Shown here: in pieces, positions 14,046-28,806 of the stretch | How the letters are laid out: every line of letters starts with the position of its first letter | Numbering within the stretch: position 1 is the stretch's first letter | From: Octopus vulgaris | Lineage: Eukaryota | Reading direction: 5' to 3' | NCBI GenBank assembly: GCA_951406725.2 | Contig: OX597817.1 | Location: 59,830,001-59,894,000 of the forward strand | DNA: 64,000 nt | Translations under genes and position numbers: made by a program | Notes under the pieces: model-generated | What the model saw: only the letters and a program-made list of their open reading frames with translations | What the model was told of the DNA's origin: nothing | Databases searched by the model: none

Positions 14046-15634
14046 TCTCCATCTCTCTATTTTAAAACAAATGAAAGAATTAGGGTTGCTCGTAGAAAGA
14101 GTCTTTTCATATTTCAATGTCCGAACATGCCATTTTGATAAGTAAATAAGGAGAAGAAAAAAAGGATGAACGGTTTTAGTGAAATTTAGGGCAGAAACTT
14201 GAAATATCAAAGTGAAGCCAAGCTAAAAACCAGTTGGTATTGAGGTCATTTCATTCTCACGTGTTGGATTTCATTTTCAGTTAAGAGTGCTTTATAACGA
14301 CAACTGTGACTGGCTTCATTTTATCAATGCTAGCAATCCAATATGCTGGCAGTGTTACAATGAACAATTACAAAGCCCTGATGTTGCTGTAGTCATGCTC
14401 TTGGGATGATAGAGATGCCATATAAGCCATAGATTCTGTGGCTCTTGGTCTGGTTCTTTCATGAGTTGAGAATCAATACACCTGCAGTTTGCAGCTTGTT
14501 CCATTTAGCTATTGTGTGTTCGTCCCTACCTCCATCACAACATTTAGAAGATGTGAGAGAAGTGTCACCTGTTGGACTCAAACAACGGTTTAACCCTTCA
14601 ACATTTAGATTATTCAGCCAAAGGTAATACTTTTTTCATTCATGACAGTACCACCTGATTGGCATCCGTGCCAGTGCCAGCTGATTGGTGCCATGCCGGT
14701 GGTATGTAAAGAGCACCATTCAAGCATGATTGTTGCCAGTGCCACCTGGCTGGCTCCCTCCTATGCTGGTGGCACATAAAAAGTACCATTCAAGCGTGGC
14801 TGATGCCAGTACTGCCTGACTGGCTCATGTGCTGGTGGCACATAAATAGCACCCATTATACTCTCGGAGTGGTTGGAGTTAGGAAGGGCATCCAGCTGTA
14901 GAAACTTTGCCAGATCAGATAGGAGCCAGGTGCAGCCTCCTGGCTTGCCAAACCATCCAGCCCATGCCAGCATGGAAAGTGGACGTTAAACAATGATGAT
15001 GATGATGTTGCTTTGAATTAATCATACATTACTATGTAGCTTTATGATTTTGATTTTTAGAAGGACATTGTAGGGCAGGTGTGAGAGGATGGATCTGACC
15101 AGTTTGAACATAAAACAAGTAGTATATTTGAGCTGGATAATGCTAAATGGTTAAACATTTCATAAAAGTAACTTGGATTGCAAGTTTTTATCCAATAAAC
15201 TCGACCACCCTTAATTTTTGGTCCCAACACATTTGCTGGGGTGAACAAGTAGCCTTGGTCTGTTTCATATTGAGGAGGTTGTCAGATGGGGAAGGATTCC
15301 ATATGTAGTTTAGGAATAAAAACAGAAGGTTAGCACTTTCCACTGGGTGGCACACCAGCTGAGCAGTTGGGCAAGAGACATTTCCTGTTGCTTATTTGGC
15401 ATCGCTGACTCAATGGTGACTTGTTTGACATCAGACCTTTTAATGTCCCTCTCTCCCCGTACCTCCACCCCTTCCTCTCTGTCTTTTATGTGTAAGCATA
15501 TTTGTCTTTTGATGTGTATGGAGAGAGGGAACGTCATCATCATCGTGATTATGATGATGATGATGATCCCTTTCTTTGTGTTTCTGTCAATCATCTTCAA
15601 GTAATAAATTGTAATGTCTCTCCCTGTCTCTCCA

Positions 15635-15671
<37 letters not shown>

Positions 15672-16739
15672 CTTGTGAGTATTTGTGTATTTGCCTCCAG
15701 TGCCAAAACAGGCTGAAAGTCCACTTGTCTGTGCCAAATCGTGTCATTCCATCGACAATACCAGATGTAACCTGAAGATACAGAGGAACATGTTAACACA
15801 AATCACTTGATCTTGATGACATAACCATTTTCTTCATTCCAAGCTTTGTATGCAAGGAACAGCAGAAGAAAAATACTGTTACAGTTGTATATAAACACAT
15901 GCACACACACAACGTTTGTGTGTGTGTGTGCTGTAGGTCTCAAGCTTCTTTTCGTATAATCTATCTGATTTGTTTTATCCTACATTTTAACCTAAAAGTA
16001 AACAAAGGTCAAAGATTAATCAGGACAGTGGAAGGAGTGGGGGCGGATTGAAACATTATAATGTTGTTATTATTTTTGTAGATAAACTAAATAAACAATC
16101 ACAGAATCTGTTGTTTTACTTCACTCTACCAACCATCATTATCTCTGACTGTCCTCTCTCTCTCTCCCTCTCCCCCTCTCTCTCTCTCTCTCTCACAGCT
16201 TTGTATTGTGGGTGTGGGGTTTCATTTCTTGGTCTCTCCAAGTGCAAACCTCACCAGGGATTATCTTTACTCTCTGCCCTTCTCAGTCTCCTATAAGCTG
16301 TGCAGCAGAGTGCTTTACACTCTGTGAAGTGGTCGGCATTAGGAAGGACAACACCCAGCCATGGAAACCATGTCAAAGACGACCTTGGAGCAGGACACAT
16401 CCCCGTGGTTCACTGGATCCTGTCAAAACATCCAAGCCATGCCAGCATGGAAGATGGACATTAATTGTTGATGGGGATGATGATGATGATGATGCTGCTG
16501 AAGGTTTTTTCTTATGCCACTAAGATGGCCATGGAAACCAGATTCATTAAGAACTCAGCAAAAAGACAGATCAATTGTCATGAAGACAAAATTATTTCAC
16601 TGGGGAAGTGTGTGTCCCTTAGTAAGGGTTTGTGGTTGAGTATTCTATATTGGGAAAGAAGGGGTTCATTTCCAGTCTTCCATGAAAAACCTGTGTAGCC
16701 ATGGGAAAATATTACTTTGGTTGTCACAGCCCTGCTAAC

Positions 16740-17570
16740 TGCAACATTGCAGTCCAGTAGCCACCCACCCCTACTCTATATACCCAGGTTTCCACCACTC
16801 ACTGCATTCCCCTCCCTCTACTCTCTACTCACGCTTCTTTGGTAGTGCCCTGCCACTTATATTATGACCTCTGTACCTCAAGGCTTTGCCCTGACACTTT
16901 CCACCATTCATCTCGCTCTCCTTTTATTTAACCATCCCATTTATATTCTGATCCCTTGTGTTTATGCCTGGCACTTCACCACCATCTCTCTCATGCTCTC
17001 TCTTGCACTCTCTCCTCCTGCTCTTCTCTCTGCCTGGGTAACCATGAATCTCCTTTACACCAGCACACCCATTTCTGTCTTCATTCTTGATCTCTCTCTC
17101 TCTCTCCCCAGCCAGGTAATCTTGTACCTCCTCTACAGCAAGACACCTCTGTTTCTGTCTCTTTGTCACACTCAAACCTTTCATCATCAGCTGACACAAG
17201 ATCACCTTCCCCAATGCCCCTTCTTCGCCTCTCAAAGGACTTTTGTCTTGCAAGTCACTTGGTGACCCTGCCAGTCAGTGCTGATGGTACTTAAAAAGCA
17301 TCCAGTCCACACTAACGTGGTTGGCATTTGGAAGGGCATCCAGCTGTGAAAACCATGCCAAAACTGACCTTAACTGTGCTTGTGCCACATAAAAAGCACT
17401 GAGTCCCCTCTGTGGAGTGGTTGCTGTTAGGAAGGGCATCCAGCCATAAAAACCCTGCCAAAACACAGAAGTCTGGTGGTGCAGTCTTCTGCCTGGCCAG
17501 CTCCTGTCAAACTGTCCAACCCATACTAGCATGGAAAGCAGACGTTAAATGATGATTATGATGATGATGT
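16740..17570 (+). mobile_element. Variant RTE-tailed element with a pyrimidine-rich 5' body (related copies at about 6240-6625 and 36240-36982)
   Basis: Shared ctacagcaagacacct and tgtcttgcaagt(c/t)acttggtgac blocks precede the common tail. Boundaries approximate. Confidence 0.6.
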
Positions 17571-19976
17571 TGGAAACGGGTGAGTGTTAGCAACAGGAAG
17601 GGGATCCAGTCGTAGAAAACCTGTTTCAACAAAGTTTAACCTGACCCATGCAGGCATGGAAAGAGGGATGTTAAATGATGATGATGGGTCCAGCAAACTG
17701 AGCCAGAAGAGGGGGACAAGTTTTTGCAACATGTTTTGTCCTTGACCCTCTGAATCTCAATCGTTAAGCTTCTTTGTTGTTATTGAAAAAAAAGAAAAAA
17801 GAAACTAAGTGATGCTAATAGAAGTGGTACCTAGGTACTGTTGTTGTTGTTAGTTGTAGTGGTAGTCACGATACTGACATTTGTTGGTGGTAGCTGTAGT
17901 GCTGGTGTCCCCGCCTACAGGACAGTAGCTGGAGTAAAGCTAATGGTGGTGGGGGGGGGATGGTGATAGTGTGGTGGACACATAGTGGCAGAGTAAAGAC
18001 GGTGGTGGTGGTGTTAGCAGCTGTGGTGTTGATAATGGCTGTTACAGGGAAGGCATTAATTAACTAGCTATGTAGAACAACAGTAATTATCTATTTATAA
18101 AATGATGGCGATGAGGAGGAAGAGGGAGACATTGATTTTAATCACCATGCTATTAAATAAAAGGAAAAAAGACTTGTTCTTATTTTTGCTGGTTTTTTTT
18201 TTTTTTTTTTTTTTGCTTGGTTGTTTGTTGTTAGTGTTTTGATTTAGATAAAATTGCCCAAAACAATTTAGATTGATTGAGGGTTGGGTGGGGGAGATCT
18301 TGAATAGAAATAAAGAAAAAACAAAATGTAGAAAGAAGAAGAAAACCCTAACCCCCGTCCCTCCCATCACTGTAATCGGCCTTTTGCTCCTCCTGGGCCT
18401 TAATGATAGCCTTTCTCTATAAGAAACACTTCAATTGAATGCTTTATGTAGTTAATCTCTTTTCACTATTATTATTATTATTATTATCATTATTTGTTAC
18501 GGTCTTTATCATCATCGCCATGTGACATTTGTTTTCCATCCTGGAATGGGTTGGTCACTTTGACCTGAGCTGATGAGCCACAGCACTGCATTTAATTTCA
18601 ATTGTCCATTTTGGCCTGGTTTCTATGGCCGGATGCCCTTCCTAACACCAACCACTTTACAGGGTATGGACTGAGTGCTTTTTTTACATGGCAGCAGAAC
18701 CATTGAAGTGATCGAGTAACTTGCAGGACAAAACCCTGTCACGTGAGTGGGATGTGAAAGTAAGAACCAATGTCTTGCTGAAGAGGTAAAAACATTGCTT
18801 CCCCTGTTGGAAATTGAGAGAAAAAGGGTGAGCACTGAGGCCACCACATGTCTTTTGCAAGACAAAACCCTTCAGCTGACGGAATGGTATCATCCTTGAA
18901 AATTGCTGGCCTCCTGTTTCTCTAAGAGACACTTATTATTTGCTGGGTGGCAAGCGGGTAGAATGGTTGGCACCCTGGATAAAATGCTTATTGGCATTCA
19001 TTCCAACACATTCTGAGTTCCGTTCACATCAAGATCTACCTTGCCTTTCACCTGGTTGATAAAATAAACATTCCAGTCAATGTAATTGGCTGGCCCCACC
19101 CCTCCCCAGAAATTGTAGGCCTGGTTTCAAAATTTGAAACCAAAAGCAGTGAGATGGTAGAATTGTTTAGCACGGGCAAAATGCTTTGTGACATTTCTTA
19201 GCATTTTCTCCTTTTTGGGTGGGTGGGGGGTTGATAGAATAAAGTACCAGTGAAATACTGGTGTCAATGTAATGAACAAACAGCCAACCACCAAAATGGC
19301 TGTTAATGCACCAAAATTAAAAATGATAATTTGTTTTTTAAAAACTGACTTTTTTTATTTTATAAGGAAGAATTTACAGTGGTTTAAGAGTTTGTCGATA
19401 ATTTGGATTGCGATCCGTTTGTTTGTTTGTGGTCTTTAAAGTTGCATCGGGGAAAGCTGGAAGGCCTATAACCTATAATGGGTTGATTGTACGGTAGGTG
19501 TCGGTGGCACGCAAAAAGCACTATCCGAATGCATCTGTGCTGTTGGCACATAAAAAGCACTATCTGAACGTGATCGATGCCAATGCCCCCTGACTGGCTC
19601 CCATGCCGGTGGCACGAAAAAGCACTATCCGAATGTGGTTGATGCCTGGCTCCGTTGCTGGTGGCATGTAAAAAAGCACCCACTACACTCTTGGAGTGGT
19701 TGGCATTAGGAAGGGCATCCAGCTGTAGAAACCTTGCCAGATCAGATTGGAACCCGGTGCAGCTGCTGGCTCTCCTGACTTCAGTCAAACCGTCCAACCC
19801 ATGCCAGCATGGAAAGCAGATGTTAAACGATGATGATGTGTGTGTGTATGAGAGAGAGAAACAGAATTAGTGTAGCAGGTAAAGACCTTTGCTCTTGCTT
19901 ACGCAATACACATTTATATAATGTACATTCATTATATATGTATGTGTGTGTGTGTGTGTGTGTATGTATGTGAGTG

Positions 19977-20026
<50 letters not shown>

Positions 20027-20603
20027 CATACACACACGCACACGCACGCACAGAGATACTTATCTGCAAGCACTTAGCTTGTGCTGTTGTCTGTTTTATT
20101 GATTACTGAGTCAGTGGGAAATTGGCCTCTTAATCGTTGCAAAGAGCTGGTTAAAACATTTTTCCGTAATAATGGAATGCTTTCTGCTACCACCACCACC
20201 ACCACCACCATCACTGCCATTAGTTCCTATTTCAAACAGTAACTGCGTCCTTGTACATTATACTCAAGTAAATGCACACACACGCATGCATGCAGACACA
20301 TACACACACACACGTGTGTGAACATGTGTTTGTGTGTATTATAAACATCCTATAAGCCACATGTTCACATACAGATAGAGGTTCAGGCATGGCTGTGTGG
20401 TTAAGGAGCTTGTTTTGCAGCCATATGCTTTCAGGTTCAAGCTCGTGTTACTTCTACTACAGCCCCAGATTGTCCAATATCTTCTGAACTGAATCTGGTT
20501 GCAAAAGCTATGTGGAAGCCTGTCGTGTGTATGTGCATGTATGTGTATGCATGTGTCTGTGTGTGTGTCTGTGCCCCCCCCCCCTTACTCACCACCACCA
20601 CTA

Positions 20604-20836
20604 CCTATTTTTTTACTACCCACAAGGGGCCAAACACAGAGGGGACAAACAAGGACAGACAAACAGATTAAGTCGATTATATTGACCCCAGTGCGTAACT
20701 GGTACTTATTTAATCGACCCCGAAAGGATGAAAGGCAAAGTCGACCTCGGTGGAATTTGAACTCAGAATGTAGCTGCAGTCGAAATACCGTTAAGCATTT
20801 CGCCCGGCGTGCTAACGGTTCTGCCAACTTGCTGCC
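20604..20836 (-). mobile_element. tRNA-derived SINE, family B (Meta-domain-like centre)
   Basis: Contains gtcgactttgcctttcatcctttcggggtcgattaaataagtaccag, resembling the MetaSINE central domain as recalled. Confidence 0.85.
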
Positions 20837-21193
20837 ATACCACTTGACAATTGGTGTTGGTTTGTTTACATCCTCATAACTCAACAGTTCAGCAAGGGAT
20901 TTCAATAGAATAAGTACTTGACCTGTTTGACTAAAACCTTGAAGGGGAATGCTCCAGCAGGGTCATAGTCTAATGAATGAAATAAATGGTTAATGGGTTT
21001 CTACAGGCCAGCTACATTTTTTCCATGAAAGTGGCCATTCAGCTGTGTAGGTGTTATTGTTGTTAGTATTTACTGAAGAATGCTTGTTATCTAGAATTTC
21101 CTATAATGATTCAAAAGTTTAGTTGATATCTTGGCTGTGTGGTAAGAAGCTTGCTTATAAATTATAAGAAATTTTATCTTCTATACTTCCAAA

Positions 21194-21406
21194 GGCGGGA
21201 AGCTGTCAGAAACATTAGCGCGCCAGGCGAAATGCTTAGCGGTATTTCGTCTGTCTTTACGTTCTGAGTTCAAATTCCGCCGAGGTCGACTTTGCCTTTC
21301 ATCCTTTCGGGGTCGATTAAATAAGTATCAGTTATGCACTGGGGTCGATATAATTGACTTAATCTGTTTGTCTGTCCTTGTTTAGCCCCTTGTAGGTAGT
21401 AAAGAA

Positions 21407-21409
<3 letters not shown>
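21194..21409 (+). mobile_element. Family B SINE
   Basis: ggcgggaagctgtcagaaac head, B-box gagttcaaattcc, same central domain. Confidence 0.85.
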
Positions 21410-21437
<28 letters not shown>

Positions 21438-21907
21438 CCTGCAGTAAACATTGCTATGTTAGCGTAAATATGAAATTGTTCTAAGTCACTGCATCTCGTT
21501 TCTTTGTTAACGTTAGTCTTCTGTTGAAATATAATCGATATTTTATTTTGTTTCACATAATTATTTGATAGAATATTTATTATTATTCTTACTTGGATGT
21601 ATCTTTGTCAATGGGGTTAATTAAGTCTATTGATTTTGGTGGAGACAGGGAAACAGCGATAGTTATTCTCCTGACTTTTTCAAAGTCATTTTCTAAAATA
21701 ATTGACGTGAAATAGTCACCACCAGGAATTGAAAACCAAGTTATGGCTCTTGAGCTGCCAGCAGCAGCAACAGCAGCAGACTTTGTAATTTACGGAGTCT
21801 GTAGGTTGTTGCTTAATGTTATTGAGATTTAATACTTTATTGGTGATCATTGATATTTGTGGGTGTGGGTGTGACCTTCAGTGCTTCCTTAATTAAAGAA
21901 GCTAATC

Positions 21908-22360
<453 letters not shown>

Positions 22361-23448
22361 AATTGATATATCAGTCTATATTTAGTGTCTGTGGAGATAG
22401 GCAGTGGTTGTATTCTTGTCTGGAGAAGTCTTCTGTTTGGTGCTGGCAGTCTCAGTGATGTTTGACCGTCTGGGTTGCTTTAGAATGTAGCAGAATGGCC
22501 AAAACAGTTTGGTTCTTCTACATCCTGAGTCCAATTCCAACCACATTTCACGTTTCCTTTCATCCCTCCATGGTTGATAGAATTAAGTACTACTCAGTTT
22601 GACCATTTGACCATATGAGTGAAGGCAGATGGCCTAATGGTTAGGGTGTTGCACTTGGGATTGGAAGACTGTGGTTTTGCTTCCCATATTGGGTAATGCA
22701 TTGTGTTCTTCAATAAAGCATTTCATTACACATTGCCCCAGTCCACTCAGCTGTAAATGAACAACAACCCTGCAGCAGACGGACTGGCATCCTGTTCAAG
22801 AGGAACATTGTGATCTTGGTTATTCATACACCGTGGGAATGGGGTGACCAGTTACATGAGTTCTAGGGCTTGAGACAATAATGTCTCAGGGTTATCTGTA
22901 ATAGCTTGGAGGGGCATTCTCCTGAAGTCAGTGGGCATGACCGTCCACTCATTGACATATCTGATTAGGAAATGTCAAGCCATTGATTATTTATGGCATT
23001 TGTACAGTGTAACGAGTTATTGATTAATTGACTAATAGCCATGACCATTGCTCCTATTGTGTTCAACCGGGTCAACACGAAGTTGATTCTTGTAAATTGG
23101 GCATTAATTTTCTTCTGTTATTGTGAAACGAGATGTGATAATATTTATTCAAATTTAAATACCATTTCATTCTTTGAAATTTTTGGCTCTTTTAATTGAG
23201 TCTCAGCTCCGTGATGTATCATCCTGTCCATTCGTTGATCTTTCTTTTTCCTTTGCTTTTTTGATGTTTGATTAACCAAAAAAAAAAACCTTCTCTGTAT
23301 ACAAGTATATTGGATTGAAAGCTATTTCCTCCCGCTCTCTTCCAACTCTCTTTCTCTCTGTTTATGCATATATATCCTGGTTTCCCAGACCCCACTCGAA
23401 CCGTCCAACCCATGCCAGCATGGAAAACGGACGTTAAACGATGATGAT

Positions 23449-23786
23449 GACCCCCTTTGGTCATGAATGACCATGCAATTGCCCCTAGAAAGTTATCTTC
23501 CCAGGTACAAGTCCAGGTAAGATTGTTTTATGGAAGGTCAGCAGTCACCCATGCGTACCAGCCCCCCCCCTCTCCACACCACTGATGTTATCCAAAGGAT
23601 TGGCAAAGGGGCCTGATACAGCTTGACACCAGTGATGTTGCAACTCATTTCTACAGCTGAGTGAACTGGAGCAATATGAAATAAAGTGTCTGGCTGAAGA
23701 ACACAACACACAGCCCGGTCTGGGAATCGAACTCACAACCTCACGATTGTAAGCTCGATGCTCTAAGCACTGAGCCATGTGCCTTC
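23449..23786 (-). mobile_element. tRNA-derived SINE, family C (second copy at about 34488-34820, - strand)
   Basis: Minus-strand head gaaggcacatggctcagtgcttagagc...gagttcgattcc, then ttgctccagttcactcagctg. Colinear with the 34.5-kb copy. Confidence 0.85.
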
Positions 23787-24951
23787 ATATATATATGCGC
23801 GTGTGTGTGTATAAGTATGTATGTATATGTCTGTTTAATGTTGGTTGGTGGAGGAAAAGAGTACTTGGTAGCTTGGTAGAGTTTAATATTTTCGTTGAGT
23901 TAGTCTCTTGCTACTCTGAGTCTTACATGTGAGGAGTGCTTAGGGTTTTCAGGCAAACTGTGAGACTGACTTCACCAAGATAATATGTAGCGTATTTCTT
24001 TCATGGTTATATTTCTCTTCTTTTTCCTCTCCTCCCACCCTCCTTTCATCGCAGTGTAAAAAAGCAAACAGTGAAGGTGACCATATCAGTGAGCCAATCC
24101 TGTTTAACGTAAAAACAAACATACTCTAGGACTAATCAGCTGATACAGTGTTCCCTCAGGTATTAAGTGGGTTAGCTCTTATATTACCTGTATTCAGGTA
24201 TTTAGGTTTTCTCATCCCTCACTTAGTCCAAGATAATTAAGCTGCTTATACAGCCCAGCCTTGGTCTATATTTAGTTAAAAATTAGTGAGAACACATTTA
24301 ATGCATTAAAAAGCTAATTAGAAATTATTATTATTACAATTGGAGAAAAGACATTACTTAATGACATTATTATTAGAAACATTCTGGTGAGTAGGGGAGA
24401 CAATTTTGAATATGTTTCAGTCTTAGACCTTCTTAGTGAATTGTATATTAGTTGGCAGAGAAAATTAGTTTTCTTTTAGAGAATAAATTATAAATCTGTT
24501 TTTGTAACTTGCTCTTGCCAAAGATTGAAAACTGTGTGTGCATGGATGTGTGTGTGTGTTCCCTTTGATACTTGCGTATTGATTGAAACAAAGTCATACA
24601 CTGTTCATACAAAGCAGTCTCCTTTGTTTGCTGTCATCCATGAAAACATGTCCAGCCATTGTGCTGTTTTAATGTTCAAAAACGCAGGGGAAATATTACC
24701 TTGCAAGGAGAGCATCCTGTAATAGAAAGTCTGCTGCAACAAGTTTTGTTTGACCTCTGGGAAAATGGATGTTTAAACAGTGATGGTGATTGAGGAAAAA
24801 GAAAATGAATGATGATGTTATCCAGGATTTTGTATCAACTGACAGAGACAGTTGTTGAGCCTCAGCCCTGAATGAAAAGACTGAGTCACTTGAATGAGAT
24901 AGACGTCTTGTATATAGTATTTAAGTCTTCTTCTTGTACAGGTTTTAATTC

Positions 24952-25472
24952 TCATCATCATTTAACGTCCGTTTTCCATGCTGGCATGGGTTGGACAGTT
25001 TGAGTTCTGGCAAGCCAGGAGGCTGCACCAGTTCCAATCTGTTCTGGCAATGTTTCTGCAGCTGGATGCCCTTCCTAATGCCAACCACTCCAAGAGCTTA
25101 GTGGGTGCTTTTTACGTGCCACTGGCACAGGAGCCATTCAGGTGGGCTTGGTATCAATCACATTTGGATAATGCTTTTTATGTACCACTGGCATGGGAGC
25201 CTAGTCAGAGGGCACTGGCATTGGCCACGTTTGAATGGTGCTTTTTACATGCCACTGGCATGGGAGCCAGTCAGGTGGCCTTGGCATCAATCTCATTCGG
25301 ATGGTGCTTTTTACATACCACTGGCATGGAAGCCAGTCAGAGAGCACTGGCATTGGCCATGTTTGGATGGTGCTTTTTATGTACCACTTTTTATGTACCA
25401 ATGGTAGGGCCAGTCAGGTGGCCCTACCATTGATCCACATTCAGATAGTGCTTTTTACGTACCACTGGCATG
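24952..25472 (-). mobile_element. RTE 3'-end element with a ~66-bp tandem array of six or more units
   Basis: gtgctttttacgtgccactggca-like motif at 25105, 25171, 25238, 25304, 25370 and 25448. The shared tail catgccagcatggaaaacggacgttaaatgatgat is on the - strand. Confidence 0.85.
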
Positions 25473-26103
25473 AGAAAAAATAAAATAAACGAATAACAGA
25501 TCTGCTACTTTAACAGATCTTTTGTTCAGCTGTAAAGAGCTCGTTGTGCCAGTTTCCTGGTTTCCGTGGCACAAGTGAGTGAGTGAGGTCACAACATACT
25601 CTCTAAACAGGTCATTGGTCCTTTGCAGCGTTCAAGGCCAACAATTTGGAGGGGAGGGGGGACAAGTTGATTACATCAAACCCAGTTTTCAACTGGCATT
25701 TTATCAACTCCAAAAGGATCAAAGGCAAAGTTGACCCTAGAGGGATTTGAACTCAGAACGTAAAGAGCCAGAAGAAACGCCACTATGCATTTTGTCTGAT
25801 GTGCTAATGGTTCTTCCAGCTGGCTGCCTCTCTTACTGATTTGCTGCCCTAAAACTGGCCTTGTGCCAAAGCGTGAAACCATTATTATTATAATTATAAT
25901 GAGCTGACAGAGACTCATTTAGCTCGTTAGACTAAATGTTTATGAGTATTTCTTTCAAGGCTGTATTCTACACCTGGATCCTCTTCTAGATGCCAACCCT
26001 TTCAATCATCTCTGGATTCTTCAAATTCAGTACCAGTTATGTAATAGGGTTTACTTGATCAAATATAAAACCTGGCTTTATTTCAGAAGTTTGCTGTGAG
26101 ATG

Positions 26104-26323
26104 TACCTTAATCCCTCGACTATGATGGGTGTTATGTTCCACCCCCCACCCCCACGTGATAACTGAAAATTCGCAGCAAAATAGAAACAGTACTGTATTG
26201 TATATTTTTTATTAATATTTATATAATTTGTGTATATTTATTTTATTATAAATGCAAAACAACACCATGAAGGAATCGATGTGAGCTTGAATAATAAACC
26301 ACGATATGGCAGGGGATTACTGT
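26104..26323. mobile_element. pogo/Tigger-like MITE relic
   Basis: Decayed TIRs taatccctcg...ggggattactg. Confidence 0.5.
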
Positions 26324-26588
26324 CCAGAAAAACGAAGACATTACAATGGGCACAGGCATGGCAGCTGTGTGGTTTTAGAAGCTCGTTTTGCATCCATATG
26401 GTTTTGGATCCAGTCCCACAGCACAGCACCTTGGCCAAGTGTCTTCTGCTATAGACCTGAGCTAACTAATGCCATGTGAATGGATTTTGTAGACAGAAAC
26501 TGTTTGTCACCACAACACTGCTTAGCAATCACGTTGGGTTATTTACATTCTTGTAACTGAGTGGTTTGGCAAAAGAGACTGATAAAAT

Positions 26589-26984
26589 ACTCTCTTTTAC
26601 TTGTTTCAGTCATTTGACTGCGGCCATGCTGGAGCACCACCCTTAGTCGGCCAAATCGACCCCAGGACTTATTCTTTGTAAGCCTTGTACTTATTCTATC
26701 AGTCTCTTTTGCTGAACTGCTAAGTTACGGGGACACACCAGCATTGGTTGTCAAGCAATGTTGGGGGACAAACACAGACACACAAACACATACACACACA
26801 CACACATGTGTATACATATATACGACGGGCTTCTTTCAGTTTCCGTCTACCAAATCCATTCACAAGGCTTTGGTCGGCCCGAGACTATAGTAAAAGGCAC
26901 TTGGCCAAGGTGCCACGCAGTGGACTGAACCCAGAACCATGTGATTGGTAAGCAAACTTCTTACCACACAGCCACTCCTGCGTC
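26589..26984 (-). mobile_element. Full-length family A SINE
   Basis: Reverse complement of the 29494 copy, nested in an older + strand copy. Confidence 0.88.
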
Positions 26985-28806
26985 TACAAAATAAGTACAA
27001 AGCTTTAAAAAAAATGCTAGGGTTGATTTGTTTGACTAAAATTCTAAGTGGTGCCCCAGTGAGTGAAACACAGCACATATTACAACAACACCTTACAACC
27101 TCTGCTCAACTCGTCTGACCAGATTTTTCAAATAGCTAACGCATTTAAATACTGCCCTAGTTAAAAAAAAAAAAAAACATGCATTACTGCATTAAACTTC
27201 GTTTTCTTAACAGTTTTATCGTTTCAATTATCTGAAGCAATTTATTTCCATTTCTTTGTTGAAATATTGAAATTTCTTCAAATTTGTAGTTTTCTTTTTT
27301 TTTTTCTTTTTTCTTTCTCTTTAAAGGTCTGAAAAAATTTTGCTTAAAATCATTTTCCTTCAATTTTCTTTGCATCAGGAAATCTCGTAAAATCTATTTA
27401 ACAAATGTCTTCACTGTTGTGGAGGAGTGTCTTCTATCTCAATACAGACAACCTTAATGAAATGAAATACAAATAAAAATAAAATCCAACCCACACACAA
27501 GTACGGCCAGGCCTAGTTTAGAGCAACCATTTTTTTTCCTTTTTAATCTATGGATCCTCTTGATTACTCTTTTATTCTGCGAGACCCTTAGAGCCTTTCT
27601 GTGTTTTAAAAATCCTATTAAATTTTCATTATTGAATATTATTAGGAATTGTATTAAAGAAATTGTTAAAATATTTGGTGCATTGTAGAATTATAAGCAA
27701 GTTATTTGCTCCTAAATTTTAACACCAAAATCTTATATGAACCCCTAAGGGTTGCATGGACCCCTGAGGGTCATATGAGCATCCCAAGGGTTGTATGGGC
27801 CCTGGTTGAGAACTACTGGGTTTGAAAGCATTTGGGTTTGATTCCACTGCTTTTTAGGCAAGTGTCTGCTGCTCCTGTCACAGACTGATCAATGGTGTGT
27901 GAGAATATGTGTTAGATGGTAACTGTGCAGAAGCCTATTCTGTGTGTATGTGTGTGTGTGGTAAGAAGTTTGCTTCCCAACCACTTGGTTCCAGGTTCAG
28001 TCCCACTGCATAGCACTTTGGGCAGATGTCTCCTATTATAGCCTTGGGCTGACCAAAACCTTGTGAGCGAATTTGGTAGATGGAAACTGAAAGAAGCCCA
28101 TCAGGTGTGTGTATTGTCCACTACTTGACAACCGGTGTTGGTTTAATTACATCCCTGTAACTTAGCAGTTCTACATACGAGACGAATAGAATAAGTCTCA
28201 AGATTTACCAGAGAAAAACAAAAGGTACTGGGGTGATTCATTTGATTAAAATGAATCAAGATAGTGCCCCAGCATGGCCACAGTCCAGTGATTGAAGCAA
28301 ATGAAAAATACGTGCGTGTGTGTGTGTGTGTGTGTCACCTTGTTTTCACATCACATGATTGTTGTCAACAAATTCAAAGAATGACCAGCAGCAAGAGCTT
28401 TTTCATTCTATGATGTGTTTACACTCTCTACCATATTGTGTGTGTGTGTTGAGCAACTTATTATTATTTAGCTATGTGTTTGTATTCTTTATTATTAATG
28501 TGTGTTCTTTACGTGTGTGTGTGTGCATTTAGTGACCTGTTTGCGGCTGGTGGTGGTGTATAAGTTAATGCTTGTTCGGTGTTTTGTGTGTCAAGTTCAA
28601 CTTAATTTATGAGTATTTCTGTGTGTTTAAGTTGCCTACTCTGTGTGTATGCATGCATACTATGTAACTTAGTGTGTATGTGTGTGTGTATATATATATA
28701 TTTATTTATACCGGAGTAAACACATAAATGTGAAACAAGGTGTAAAAAAAGAGTACTCAAAAACCAGTGGTAGAGTAATATGCTTTATTTAAAGCAGCAG
28801 AAAATT

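Noticed and set aside
22900-23200. Repeat-free stretch with homeodomain/Sox-like motifs as a possible enhancer
   Set aside because: Such short AT-rich motifs are expected by chance; it cannot be supported without conservation or chromatin data.
23700-23786. tRNA-like sequences in SINE heads
   Set aside because: There is no complete acceptor stem and they continue into SINE bodies, so they are not called as tRNA genes.
24952-25472. CRISPR-like appearance of a constant motif every ~66 bp (also at 7.3, 19.5, 59.8 and 62.4 kb)
   Set aside because: The spacers are homologous to each other, the arrays are part of an RTE LINE 3' end with a (GAT)n tail, the context is eukaryotic, and there are no cas genes.
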